33,152 bases of DNA from Promethearchaeota archaeon (GCA_048938445.1 JBHLME010000046.1:1-33152); one strand, 5' to 3'. Positions 1 through 10,155 are shown, counted from the first letter of the stretch. Notes: generated by a model not told the origin, from the sequence alone. Translations and numbers: made by a program.

Positions 1-2
1 TA

Positions 3-938
3 TCATTTTGAGTCATTCGTGAAAAAATTTACCTTATTATCTAAATAAGTATCTAACCAAGTAGGATACATCCTCCCTTCGATAAGTATATGAATATTTA
101 TTGATTCAAATTCCATTAAAAATAAGGATGCTTGAATATCTTGGATTTCTTTCATGGTATCTGTCCTAACACATAACATGATTAAGTTTGGGTGATTACT
201 AAAAGCCCAAAGAAAAACAACTTTTTGACCATATTGGTTTTGTAGATTATTATTTAATTGTATATCGTCAAAATGAATATTTGGCTTTATTTTTAGAATG
301 AACATTGAGACCAGTTGAGGTGTCTTATCCGGATACCAATCTATTGTGAACCTAACGAGATTTTTTTCGATTAATATATTTAAATGTCTTCTTATGGTTT
401 TTGTGGATGCATTAATCTCCTTTGATACTTCGGCAATAGTCTTCCGTGAATTATTTTTTAGAGAATAAATTATTAAATAGTCTAACTTTGAAATATTCAT
501 ATCATTTGAACCTCCTTCATTACTTGAATGTGCGCCTTTATCAAGTCCAATAAAAAGTTCATTAATTTTTCCAGTTTTTCTAACAAACGAGACAAGAGAG
601 TCCAATTCATTTATATTCTTAATATATGCGTGAATAAAATATATGTTCCCACTAGCTAGAGTAACATTATATATACATTCATTTCTACCAAATTTATTAA
701 AGAGATTTTTATCATTTTTAATTGGAGATTCTCCAAACATGATAACATTAACCATATTTGGAAATAAGAGAAAACTTAGCTTAGTTTGAAAGTTTTTAAT
801 GGCTCCAATTTCCACTAAGGATTTAACACGTTTATGGACAGAATTGACACTCATATCAAGCATCTCTGCAAGTTCTCGATATGGCATTCGCGAGTTTGCC
901 ATTAACATTAGAGAGATTGTAAAATCAATTTCATCCAT
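3..938 (-). CDS. Lrp/AsnC-family transcriptional regulator with two tandem wHTH + effector-binding modules
   Basis: Two AsnC-type HTH starts: MDEIDFTI..LMANSRMPYRELAEMLDMSVNSVHKRVKSLVEIGAI and ISKLDYLIIYSLKNNSRKTIAEVSKEINASTKTIRRHLNILIEKNLV. ATG at 938 is preferred over TTG at 947. Confidence 0.88.
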   Translation of the reverse strand: MDEIDFTISLMLMANSRMPYRELAEMLDMSVNSVHKRVKSLVEIGAIKNFQTKLSFLLFPNMVNVIMFGESPIKNDKNLFNKFGRNECIYNVTLASGNIYFIHAYIKNINELDSLVSFVRKTGKINELFIGLDKGAHSSNEGGSNDMNISKLDYLIIYSLKNNSRKTIAEVSKEINASTKTIRRHLNILIEKNLVRFTIDWYPDKTPQLVSMFILKIKPNIHFDDIQLNNNLQNQYGQKVVFLWAFSNHPNLIMLCVRTDTMKEIQDIQASLFLMEFESINIHILIEGRMYPTWLDTYLDNKVNFFTNDSK

Positions 939-1046
939 ATTACCCAATATTATTGAAAAAAATAAAAAACATGTGGTTTATTGAATTAAATTTTTATTTT
1001 TTTATTTCAATAGCAAATTAATAATAAAACAAATATTATCATAATC

Positions 1047-1637
1047 ATGATATTCTTGATCAAGTCAGAAACCGTTGAATTAAGTAATTACACGATCAAG
1101 AATATACCCGGTTCTTCTGGAAGATTAGATGTAATATCGAGATGTATCTTATCCGCGTTATTGGGAAATGATTGTTTCTTTAAAAAAACACAAATTTGGA
1201 TATTTTTAGACAAATATGGAACTTATGTATTTGATTCAGAAAAATTAAATTATCATAGTTTTCCAAAAAATGAATTAAAACTTACAGATTATTTTGTAGA
1301 ACTCATTAGAAACAAGAATTGTCTGGAAAATATTCCAAACAATCCTTTATTACATGTGAAAATCTCTGATACACGAATTATCAACATTATTAAAGAATTT
1401 TTAAATAAAGATTTTTCAATTGCTATTTTAGAAGAGGAAGGACAAGATTTTTTTGAACAAATTAATAGGATAAATCATGAAAAACAAGTTTTTATTATTG
1501 GTAACCAAACAGGAGATTTCTTGGATTCGGAAGAATTATTGGAACTCAACCTACCTAAATTTAATTTAGGAACTAAATCATATCTAGCTAGTTCAATAAT
1601 TCGATTGATAAACTTGCATTTTAAAACTAATAATTAA
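1047..1637 (+). CDS. trmY: tRNA (pseudouridine54-N1)-methyltransferase, SPOUT family
   Basis: GSSGRLDVISRCILSAL N-terminal motif and C-terminal SPOUT knot (LEEEG..FIIGNQTG..NLGTKSYLASSII); 196 aa. Confidence 0.85.
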   Translation: MIFLIKSETVELSNYTIKNIPGSSGRLDVISRCILSALLGNDCFFKKTQIWIFLDKYGTYVFDSEKLNYHSFPKNELKLTDYFVELIRNKNCLENIPNNPLLHVKISDTRIINIIKEFLNKDFSIAILEEEGQDFFEQINRINHEKQVFIIGNQTGDFLDSEELLELNLPKFNLGTKSYLASSIIRLINLHFKTNN

Positions 1638-1704
1638 ATTTTTTATTGAGCAGATTTTACTATTTATATATTTCTAATTCTATTTTTGGAGCCCTTGAAG
1701 GAAA

Positions 1705-2382
1705 TTGAGCAATTCTGAAAATAATAATAAAAAAAGAAGTCGCCAGATTACTATTGTCGAAAACCTCACGCGTCGTCCCGTAGAATTTCTTGTAAACCAT
1801 AATATCACGCCAAATATTCTTTCATATCTAGGATTTTTAAATTCTTTGTTAGCAGCATTTTTCTTGGGCATTGGAACGCTACATAATATTTGGTTTGGAT
1901 GGTTATCCCCTGCATTTTTAATAATTTCAGGAATTCTTGATGTGCTCGATGGATCTGTAGCAAGAAAAAATGGAATTGATTCTAAAGCAGGAGCCTTCTT
2001 AGATTCAAATTTGGATCGCCTTTCGGATGCAGTAATCATAATTGGATTAATTTATGGAGAATTATTAGATTTCCTTTTAGGTTTTATTATTTTATTCTTA
2101 TCTATCATGATCTCATATATTCGTTCTAGAGCAGAAAATGAAGGAGTAGATATGAAAGGTGTGGGTATCATGGAAAGAGGAGAAAGAATATTGTTCTTAT
2201 GGTTCGCTATTATTTTTGAATGTTGGATCTATAATTTTTCAGCTTTATTTACAGGGATTCCTTTTACTTTATTTTTCCCCACATTAATATTAATCTATAC
2301 GTTCTTATTGATATTGACGTTAGGACAAAGATTTATTTTTACTTTCAAAAAGTTAAGCAAAACAGAAGAAAATAATATTTAA
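1705..2382 (+). CDS. pgsA: CDP-alcohol phosphatidyltransferase (probable archaetidylinositol phosphate synthase)
   Basis: ITPNILS and the family signature DVLDGSVAR-x6-AGAFLDSNLDRLSD; SYIRSRAE and GIMERGER; multiple TM segments; TTG start. Confidence 0.9.
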   Translation: MSNSENNNKKRSRQITIVENLTRRPVEFLVNHNITPNILSYLGFLNSLLAAFFLGIGTLHNIWFGWLSPAFLIISGILDVLDGSVARKNGIDSKAGAFLDSNLDRLSDAVIIIGLIYGELLDFLLGFIILFLSIMISYIRSRAENEGVDMKGVGIMERGERILFLWFAIIFECWIYNFSALFTGIPFTLFFPTLILIYTFLLILTLGQRFIFTFKKLSKTEENNI

Positions 2383-2514
2383 TCTCAATAAAATCAGGAT
2401 TTATTATATAAATTGAGGTCCATTTTCATTACTTTTACGAAAAACTAAAATATTTAAATTTTTATTGATTTTAATCATTAAGAACACGGTTTAAAATAAG
2501 AACAATCACAGAAA

Positions 2515-2521
2515 AGGAGGT
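2515..2521 (+). promoter_or_regulatory. Shine-Dalgarno site of rps26e
   Basis: AGGAGGT, 6 nt before ATG 2528. Confidence 0.75.
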
Positions 2522-2527
2522 AAAGCA

Positions 2528-2803
2528 ATGCCAAAGAAAAGAAAAAGTGGTGGAAAGACGGGGAGCAGTAAGGGTAATTACGGCAAGGTTCAATGTACTA
2601 AATGTGGAAGATTTGTCGCTCGAAGTAAGGCTAAGGCAGTTACTCGTCGAACATCTTTAGTTGATGCGAGGATGTATGGCGAGCTTAAGAAATCAGGCGC
2701 ATTAATCATGAGCGGTCAAACAAAAAAATATTATTGCATAAGCTGTGCGGTCCATGGTCATCAGGTAGCACAAAGAGATAAAAATTTACGAAAAAGTTCT
2801 TAA
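2528..2803 (+). CDS. rps26e: 30S ribosomal protein S26e (eS26)
   Basis: MPKKRKSGGK start, CTKC and YYCISCAVH zinc ligands, basic 91-aa protein, strong SD. Confidence 0.95.
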   Translation: MPKKRKSGGKTGSSKGNYGKVQCTKCGRFVARSKAKAVTRRTSLVDARMYGELKKSGALIMSGQTKKYYCISCAVHGHQVAQRDKNLRKSS

Positions 2804-2891
2804 CACTTATTATCTTAAAATTAATGAATTTTACATAGATCTATTCCATAAATCATATTATAAAAATTAGATTCATGAAAATTTGTTTTTC

Positions 2892-4880
2892 TTAAAGATT
2901 TAATTGTTTAAAGAATGAAGGTAAGGAATAAACAATTTCACACTGATTTATTCCTGTTATTTCTATTATTGCACGGATTAAATATACCTCTTTCAAGGTA
3001 TCATCTGGTTCATAAATTTTTACTTTAGCATTTTTTTTAAGTCTTAATGTATAGTTTTCCGCAATTCCTTGGATTGTATCTTCAGTTTTTAACTTTATCC
3101 CTAATAATCCCAATTCATAATGTAAAACAATAAATAGATATTGGTTGGTTTTTTCATCTAATCTTTCAAAATGCACTGCTTCCAAGGAATCTTGCTTGAG
3201 TTCTTTAGGAAGTTTATTGTAAGGAATTATTTTCTTTTTTCCTGAAATGTGTTCGAATGGTGTATAGAATAGATTATTAAAACTAGCGATTTTTTTAATC
3301 TGTTCATTATATTTTTCCACATCTTTTACTGAATATGCCTTATCTAGTAATACATCCAATTTTTGACCCATCTCTTCCGTAGTATATCCCTGTAAAACTG
3401 TTGATATATATGCACGCTTTAACTTTTCTATTAAAATTTCAGATTTTAAATCTAACCGGTAGTCTATAGCAATTTCTAAAGCTTGATTATATAAGTTTGC
3501 GGCTATTTGAGAGTGTCCTAGAGCTAAAAAGTAATCTCCAAGTTCACTAAACACGATAAGTGCATCTTTAAAATTTTCATCAAGTGCCATTTTCGAGAAT
3601 TCATCCATTATCCCCATTGCCATTTCTCGATTTTCACCTTGGAGATAATAAGTAATGGCTTTACCAATTCCACATTTTAACTTGAGCACATTATCCTCGT
3701 ATATTTCTGCAAGTTCTTCCGTGAAGTTATATTGCAATATTGCTGAATTATAAAGATAATGAAATAGAAGGATCAACGCTTTAATGTAGTTAAGTGTCAA
3801 GCAAGTCATGTAATTATGAATGAGCGAGGAAAATGAGGCAGCGTATTCAAGTGAATCAATTGCTCCACTAATCTTTCCAATAGTTACTAATACAAACGCG
3901 CGCAAGAATTCCATTTTACTTATTTCTTGGCAAATTAATTGTTGTATTATCTCGTAATCTCTCCTATTTTTTAATTGTCCTGAAGCTAATTGAAGTAAAG
4001 ATCTTAGAAATCCATTTCCTTTTTTCAATAATTTAGCAGCATTAACATTTTCATTTTTTATGACTTCTTCTCGTGCACGTTCAAGATATTCACGAGATAT
4101 CTTTAAATTTTCTAAAAATGAAATTATGTTAACAATTTTTGCTTCCTGACTTGCAGGTAAAGCTTGATTATCAATATATTTTTCAGATATTTCTATTTCT
4201 TCAGCATATTTAGAAGCACCTACTTCAAATCTTACTGCTTTTTCAGATTCTTCAATTTCAGCATCAGAACTTATTATGCTACTCTCAGTTACGGAAATTG
4301 CTTTTTCAATTAACCATTGAATTTTAGATTCAGCTGGATAGATCTTAGATCGTTCTATCATATAAGAAAGCGTGTAATTCAAGCTTCTTTTCCATAGGTT
4401 TTGAAAATATCCACGCATCTGAGATGTGGACGCACTTCTTTGTAATTTCAAGAGAAAACTTGAAAGAGAGAGAATATTAAGTCTTGTTTTAAAAATAAGA
4501 CTCGCATTTTTAACCAATTTAAAATCATCCGTAACAAGATGGATTGGTATTCCATTGTTTTTGTCAATTAATTTTTTTGCGATAACGAGCAGAGAGAGAT
4601 CTGGATCTTGCGCAGGGAACCTAATGTTATGATCACTAAGAATCGCCTTAATTTCTCCGATTTCAGAAATTTCAACAAGATTTACATTAATAATTTGCGC
4701 AAAACGTATCTTATAATTTTCTTGTGCTCGTATCTCATTAAAAACAACTTCTGAGATATAATATTCAAGATTTAAATCATCAGCAGCAATTTTTAAGTTT
4801 TTTAAAAGCCCTCTCGCTTGAACAGCACGAGTCATTATAAAAAAATTAGCATCGAAGATGATGAGCTCTTTTTTGGGCAT
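2892..4880 (-). CDS. PIN-domain ribonuclease fused to a TPR-like solenoid and a beta-rich C-terminal domain
   Basis: LIIFDANFF (D10), VFNEI (E49), QDPDLSLL (D92/D94), LVTDDF (D118/D119). TPR-like helices such as ELGDYFLALGHSQIAANLYNQALEIA. Confidence 0.75.
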   Translation of the reverse strand: MPKKELIIFDANFFIMTRAVQARGLLKNLKIAADDLNLEYYISEVVFNEIRAQENYKIRFAQIINVNLVEISEIGEIKAILSDHNIRFPAQDPDLSLLVIAKKLIDKNNGIPIHLVTDDFKLVKNASLIFKTRLNILSLSSFLLKLQRSASTSQMRGYFQNLWKRSLNYTLSYMIERSKIYPAESKIQWLIEKAISVTESSIISSDAEIEESEKAVRFEVGASKYAEEIEISEKYIDNQALPASQEAKIVNIISFLENLKISREYLERAREEVIKNENVNAAKLLKKGNGFLRSLLQLASGQLKNRRDYEIIQQLICQEISKMEFLRAFVLVTIGKISGAIDSLEYAASFSSLIHNYMTCLTLNYIKALILLFHYLYNSAILQYNFTEELAEIYEDNVLKLKCGIGKAITYYLQGENREMAMGIMDEFSKMALDENFKDALIVFSELGDYFLALGHSQIAANLYNQALEIAIDYRLDLKSEILIEKLKRAYISTVLQGYTTEEMGQKLDVLLDKAYSVKDVEKYNEQIKKIASFNNLFYTPFEHISGKKKIIPYNKLPKELKQDSLEAVHFERLDEKTNQYLFIVLHYELGLLGIKLKTEDTIQGIAENYTLRLKKNAKVKIYEPDDTLKEVYLIRAIIEITGINQCEIVYSLPSFFKQLNL

Positions 4881-4979
4881 TTCATCACTGTAAGAATTTT
4901 ATTATTGAAAGATCAATTAATATAATATATTATACGCTTCATTATTATAATGTTTAATGATTGCTATTAATGAAAATTT

Positions 4980-5483
4980 ATGAAGATTATTCATTTAATT
5001 GGGAATTCTGGTAGTGGTAAGACGCATCTTATAACCAACATGGTCAAGTTATTAAAAGAAAAATTAAATTTTAATGTAGCTGTCATTAAAAATATCCATG
5101 AGCACGAAGTGGATAAACCTGGTAAGGATTCTTATAAATATTCTGAAGCGGGAGCTGTTTTTTCAATTACTCGAAACGTTAATAATGAAAACACTATTTT
5201 TTTAAAGAGAGATATTAAAATCACGCAATTAATTGAGTGGCTTACGAGGAGTCCTTATAAAATTGATGTAATCTTTATTGAGGGCTTTAAGAAATTAAAT
5301 TATCCATCAATTCTGTGTATAAGCGATATGGAAGAAATTAAAGCTCAAATTGATGACAGTGTTAAAGTAATTTCGGGAATTATTTGTAAAAAAAATACGA
5401 GTAAAAAACAATATATAAATATTCCTATATTAGATATTGTAAAAAACTTTTCAGAATTCCTTGATATATTTGAAATTAGATGA
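4980..5483 (+). CDS. mobB: Molybdopterin-guanine dinucleotide biosynthesis protein B
   Basis: P-loop GNSGSGKT, VAVIK, DKPGKDSY..AGA and IFIEGFK motifs; 167 aa. Confidence 0.92.
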   Translation: MKIIHLIGNSGSGKTHLITNMVKLLKEKLNFNVAVIKNIHEHEVDKPGKDSYKYSEAGAVFSITRNVNNENTIFLKRDIKITQLIEWLTRSPYKIDVIFIEGFKKLNYPSILCISDMEEIKAQIDDSVKVISGIICKKNTSKKQYINIPILDIVKNFSEFLDIFEIR

Positions 5484-5501
5484 CTAGTAAAAATAAATTT
5501 C

Positions 5502-7427
5502 TTATTCTATCGTTCCCCAGAAGGGAGCGAGTTTTTGGCATATAAATTTAACTTGTTGTATTAAATCATCATCATTAATTCCATCTAGAAAGTAGGAACT
5601 TAATTTTTCATATATTTCAATATTATTTGAAGGATCATCAACAGAATTCTTTATTTGTTGAATAAACTTATTAAATGGATTAATAATACCATTGATCAAC
5701 CATTCTTCAAGATATAATGGATTTGAATATGATTTAAAATTATAATATATTAAAAATTTAAATATATCCTCAGAATTATAGAAAAATCTGTCAGGAATAT
5801 CCGCATATTCTTTAAATTCATTTAAAGCTTTTTTAAGCCTTTTTTTTCTCAAGCTAATAACAAAAATTGGCCAAATATCATCAGAAAAATTCATGTCTTG
5901 AAATAAAAACAATTCTTTTATTCTTAAAGCAATATTTTTTGGAACATATCTCCCTCGAGGGTCCATAAAATTATCTGAAGCTTCTTCTAAAGATTCTCTA
6001 ATGAAGATTCTTTCAATTAACACGTAGATCATTCGACATATGTGATCAATTACTATGTCAAAAGTTAAAAGAGAATTTTCAGGGTTTTCAGACAATAATT
6101 CGTTCTCTTCCTCAATCAAATTAAAGAACTTCTCATTAATGCTTCTCAAAAAACTACTAAAAAACCAAAAATTCATGTTTGAAACAGTTTTTCCGAATAT
6201 TTTTTGAAAAAACATGTAATTTACATCCATGTGGTTGATGATTGAAAAATAATCCATGAATAAATTAATTTCTCTTAACGTATTAGCATTAATGGGAAAG
6301 GGAGCATTATTTTTGTTTTGATTTAGATAGTCACTAAATTTTCTAGGGAGAAATAATAAATCTCCTACTTCCAAAGCTTCAAGTCCGCTGGCAAAATAGT
6401 ATTTCATGTACAGTAAGAATAAATCAAATTGTGAACGTGGTGAGGGTAAATTATTAGAAGCAAAAGTAGTATATAATGAACTTTTTGTATCGATAAATTT
6501 GAATAATTTGATTAATGAATTATTTTTTTCATTTGAATAATTGAGATTACCCAAAAAATTTCTTCTTATAATCTCTAATTTAGAGAATTTGGAATCTTCC
6601 ACCCGTGAACAAACGAAATTTAAAATATCCAAGAGTGGAGATATATTCTGGATGAGGGTTGATTTTTTATAAAAATAATAAAATAAATTTATCACTTCAT
6701 CTTTTATCAATATCGAATAATCATTAATGGCCGTATTGTAAAGTTTTTCTCTCGCATTCAGTAATTTATCATAAAATTCTCCAGGGATTCCTTTAAATTG
6801 TTTTAAAAACCAGATCAAATTCATTTTATAATAATTATCGCGTAGTTCATCCTTGCTATCCTTGATAACTATCATCATATGCCAATATTTATTTTCTTGC
6901 GAATTTTTCAGAGAGACATGATCTAAAAACATATAAAATTTATCTTGAATAAATTCCCGAACTTTAATTCCGAACACTTCAACAATACGAAAAAAAAAAC
7001 CAATAAAATATTCTGATGTATATTGTTTTTCTCCAATTTTTGTAAAAAAACGTGTAAAATATTCATCCTCCTTAGGAGGGATATAATATTTATACTCCAT
7101 TATAAGGATAGAATCCGATATTTTTTCTTGAAGGGATAAATGAAACGAATTTTCATCAAATCCTAATATATTAGATAAATATGATTTGAAATATTTATCA
7201 AAATTATCATAAAAAAAAGTTGTATAGGTATTCCTTACATTTGAATTTACATTATTTTTGTTAAAATTGTTCCAATCTGATGTAATTAATTCGTTGAATT
7301 CTTTTGTTAATTGTTCTTCACGTTTTAAAACCTCAAACAAGTATTTTCTTTCCATGTGAAGAATAAAACCATTAGTTTTAACACGTTCACTTAAGAAATC
7401 TAATAATTGATTGATATTTTTTTTCAT
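5502..7427 (-). CDS. Hypothetical protein (641 aa, aromatic-rich, probably mostly alpha-helical)
   Basis: A long uninterrupted ORF in very AT-rich DNA with an ATG start; no motif recognised. Confidence 0.8.
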   Translation of the reverse strand: MKKNINQLLDFLSERVKTNGFILHMERKYLFEVLKREEQLTKEFNELITSDWNNFNKNNVNSNVRNTYTTFFYDNFDKYFKSYLSNILGFDENSFHLSLQEKISDSILIMEYKYYIPPKEDEYFTRFFTKIGEKQYTSEYFIGFFFRIVEVFGIKVREFIQDKFYMFLDHVSLKNSQENKYWHMMIVIKDSKDELRDNYYKMNLIWFLKQFKGIPGEFYDKLLNAREKLYNTAINDYSILIKDEVINLFYYFYKKSTLIQNISPLLDILNFVCSRVEDSKFSKLEIIRRNFLGNLNYSNEKNNSLIKLFKFIDTKSSLYTTFASNNLPSPRSQFDLFLLYMKYYFASGLEALEVGDLLFLPRKFSDYLNQNKNNAPFPINANTLREINLFMDYFSIINHMDVNYMFFQKIFGKTVSNMNFWFFSSFLRSINEKFFNLIEEENELLSENPENSLLTFDIVIDHICRMIYVLIERIFIRESLEEASDNFMDPRGRYVPKNIALRIKELFLFQDMNFSDDIWPIFVISLRKKRLKKALNEFKEYADIPDRFFYNSEDIFKFLIYYNFKSYSNPLYLEEWLINGIINPFNKFIQQIKNSVDDPSNNIEIYEKLSSYFLDGINDDDLIQQVKFICQKLAPFWGTIE

Positions 7428-7558
7428 TTTTTTATCAAATTCAATCTTACATTAAATATTTCTACCTATAGTATATATCGAAGCAAACCTTATAAAAATA
7501 GACATGATAGAGAATTAGACATTTTTAACATATAATTTATAATTGTTCATCTATATTA

Positions 7559-8590
7559 CTAAAATAACTTAGTTATTTCGTCAGTTTCAGTATAATTTAA
7601 AGATTCTACTTTCCCTTTGGGTGTTCTTACCCTCAAACCTTTTTCCTTTGAGATAAAAGTTCCAATTTTTTCTGCTTTTATTTTGTTTTTCTTCAATAGA
7701 TCTAATAAATCTGACGAATATTCATCATCAATTGCAATTAAAAGGGATCCTGATGAGATTGTATTCATTGGTTCAAGTCGAAAAACCTTACTTAACTCTT
7801 GAGGTTCTGGTAATACTTTAATTTTATCAAATTCTATTTGAACTCCCATATTTGAAGCAATTGCCATTTCAGCGATTCCACACGCAAGTCCTCCCTCCGT
7901 AGGATCATGCATTGCATTAACCTTAAAATTTGCAGTCGCTAAAAGCGCTTCCTTTGCAACACTAATACCTGGATCATAGAGATAGTTCTTACATTTTTTA
8001 ATAAATACTTCATCATATCCTTTATTTATAAGTTCTTGTTCTTTTTCTCTACCAATTATGGATGTTCCTTCGATAAAGATTCCTTTTGTCAAGATCAATG
8101 AATCTCCTAATTTTATACCTGATGATGATACCAGAGAATCCTTATCAACCTCTCCCAATAGAGAACCTATCACAATTGGTCGATCGAGTCCAGCTGTTAC
8201 TTCTGTATGGCCTCCAATAACGGCTATATTCATTTCACTACATGTATCATGAATATTTTTAAAAACTTGTTTAACGAGTTCATCAGTAGTTTTATTTTCT
8301 GGAAATAAGATTGTTGATTGAAACCACTTAGGTGTGGCGCCCATGCATACAATGTCATTAACATTAATATTTACTGCATAATAGCCTATTTCATCTGTTG
8401 CGAATGTAATAGGATCTGTTTTTGCTACCAAATATTTATTACCCATATCAATAACAGCAGCATCTTCCCCTATTTTTGAACCTATAATGACGCGATCATC
8501 ATTTAAATCAGAAATAAAGTCATTTAATAAATTTCTTAATAATTTATGTTTAAGTTTACCAAGTGCTAATTTGTTTTTAATTGGAGTCAT
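7559..8590 (-). CDS. AIR-synthase/PurM-like ATP-binding protein (HypE/ThiL/SelD superfamily)
   Basis: GEDAAV, KTDP, NDIVCMGATP, GGHTE and MHDPTEGGL motifs; lacks the HypE C-terminal PRIC. Confidence 0.88.
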   Translation of the reverse strand: MTPIKNKLALGKLKHKLLRNLLNDFISDLNDDRVIIGSKIGEDAAVIDMGNKYLVAKTDPITFATDEIGYYAVNINVNDIVCMGATPKWFQSTILFPENKTTDELVKQVFKNIHDTCSEMNIAVIGGHTEVTAGLDRPIVIGSLLGEVDKDSLVSSSGIKLGDSLILTKGIFIEGTSIIGREKEQELINKGYDEVFIKKCKNYLYDPGISVAKEALLATANFKVNAMHDPTEGGLACGIAEMAIASNMGVQIEFDKIKVLPEPQELSKVFRLEPMNTISSGSLLIAIDDEYSSDLLDLLKKNKIKAEKIGTFISKEKGLRVRTPKGKVESLNYTETDEITKLF

Positions 8591-8626
8591 GGTCGTTATT
8601 TTATTTTTATTTGATACTAAATATTC

Positions 8627-9937
8627 TTAAAAAATTCCTATAATGAATGAGATTATAATCCACAAGATAAGGCTAAATCCTATAATCCCGGCAATGATCA
8701 CGTAAGGCATTATCCTAAAGAGATACCATTTAGCATCGATGGCATCATTTGGACATCCTTCACCACAACAATAACATTCAATACATTTTTGATCATCAAT
8801 CAAGATTTTATCTCCTTTACGAGTCATTGCACTCGCAGGACAATGTTTTACGCATTGTTCACATAGGGTACATTTTTTTTTATTAATTTTAATAGACATT
8901 CTCATCAATAATTTAGCAATACCAGTGGGGAGCCATTTTAGGGAATAACCTGATTTTTTTAGAAGTGCTATTTTTGGTTTTTTGAAATTTTTAATAATAT
9001 AATCTTGATAATTTTTCTCACCTTGCAGTTCCAATTGAGATATTTCTACTGGAAGGTCTGTTCTTCTTGCTAATGAATTGATTGCTTCTAAATCACTAGG
9101 ATTTCCATTCATTAAAGTATATCCAATGATATCCACTGCAGCTGAATTAAATCCCGCAATCATTAATCCTATTTTCCTCGCTTTCCCAAATTGAGGTCCT
9201 TTTCCTTCCATTGCGATCACTGCATCCATAACTGTCAAGACTTTCGGTTTATCCGTTTGATTCGTCTCTTCAACGGCAAAATAAATATCAGCAAGCATTT
9301 TTTGGAAATTAGTCTTGTTGTTATGGATTAAATGCATTTTTTGTTTATTCCCTAACATTCCAAAAAGATTCTTTATTGCACCAGTATATACGAAGCCCGA
9401 ATGAGTTTTTAGTTTCGGTAGGTTAATTATTAAATCTGCTTCACACACTTCCTTAGGCAAGTAAATATCTTCTTCTGCATCATGTGGTGGATTAACCAAT
9501 CTTATTTTCTCACGTTCAGATTTGAAAAAATTTAAAACACTAACTTCCTCTGATTCACACATCTCCTTAATTTTACTCGATTTAAGAGATCGACTGGTTA
9601 TAGTGCTTGTCAGCGTGGAATCTCCAACAAGAATTTCCTTCACATCACCCTTTTCTTTTAAAATTTGAATCAATGAAGTAATTATTTCAGGAGGTGTAAA
9701 CACGTTTTTTCCACCAGAGAGCACGTTGGGCTTTAATAACACTTTTTTTCCTTTAAAATAATCTTGTATGCCAAGTAATTCAATTAATGAATTTAATGCC
9801 CTTTTCACGTTTTCTGATTCATAATCATCTAATTTAACAATTGCCACTATTTCTTTTTTATAATTAAATTTGTTAGGAAGAACATAATTTGAATTGAATT
9901 TTTCTATCGTTTTGACTTCTTTCGATTCTACCATCAT
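8627..9937 (-). CDS. DUF362 protein with a 2x[4Fe-4S] ferredoxin domain and C-terminal membrane anchor
   Basis: VLLKPN, IINLPKLKTH, TGAIKNLFG, AMEGKGP; CTLCEQCVKHCP and CIECYCCGEGCP; hydrophobic C-terminal helix. Confidence 0.9.
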   Translation of the reverse strand: MMVESKEVKTIEKFNSNYVLPNKFNYKKEIVAIVKLDDYESENVKRALNSLIELLGIQDYFKGKKVLLKPNVLSGGKNVFTPPEIITSLIQILKEKGDVKEILVGDSTLTSTITSRSLKSSKIKEMCESEEVSVLNFFKSEREKIRLVNPPHDAEEDIYLPKEVCEADLIINLPKLKTHSGFVYTGAIKNLFGMLGNKQKMHLIHNNKTNFQKMLADIYFAVEETNQTDKPKVLTVMDAVIAMEGKGPQFGKARKIGLMIAGFNSAAVDIIGYTLMNGNPSDLEAINSLARRTDLPVEISQLELQGEKNYQDYIIKNFKKPKIALLKKSGYSLKWLPTGIAKLLMRMSIKINKKKCTLCEQCVKHCPASAMTRKGDKILIDDQKCIECYCCGEGCPNDAIDAKWYLFRIMPYVIIAGIIGFSLILWIIISFIIGIF

Positions 9938-10155
9938 TAATTCACCAATGATTTTGATATATCTATATTTGAAAATTTTAAAGTCTTTTCTTAAAAATTA
10001 GATATGATAAATATGGATTTATATAAAAAAGAATCGAAATCTTGATTAAAAAGTAGGTATTTTAATATTCATCTTATATTTTTAAATATGAATTAAGTTA
10101 TATATTAAATAAGAACTCAAATTATTCTAACCTAAAATTAAATTTAGTGATAAAA

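Noticed and set aside
2824-2876. SECIS-like ATGA...GA stem after rps26e, and selenocysteine read-through generally
   Set aside because: Neither flanking gene has an in-frame TGA, and the TGA-ending genes with recognisable domains (mobB, cheR-cheD, fasciclin) are already complete at the stop
2892-4880. VapBC toxin-antitoxin module
   Set aside because: The PIN domain is part of a 662-aa protein, and the 99-bp upstream gap leads to divergent mobB with no room for an antitoxin
7559-8590. Calling the PurM-like protein HypE or selenophosphate synthetase SelD
   Set aside because: It has no C-terminal PRIC (HypE), no N-terminal Cys/Sec-x-x-Lys (SelD), and no hyp or sel genes nearby
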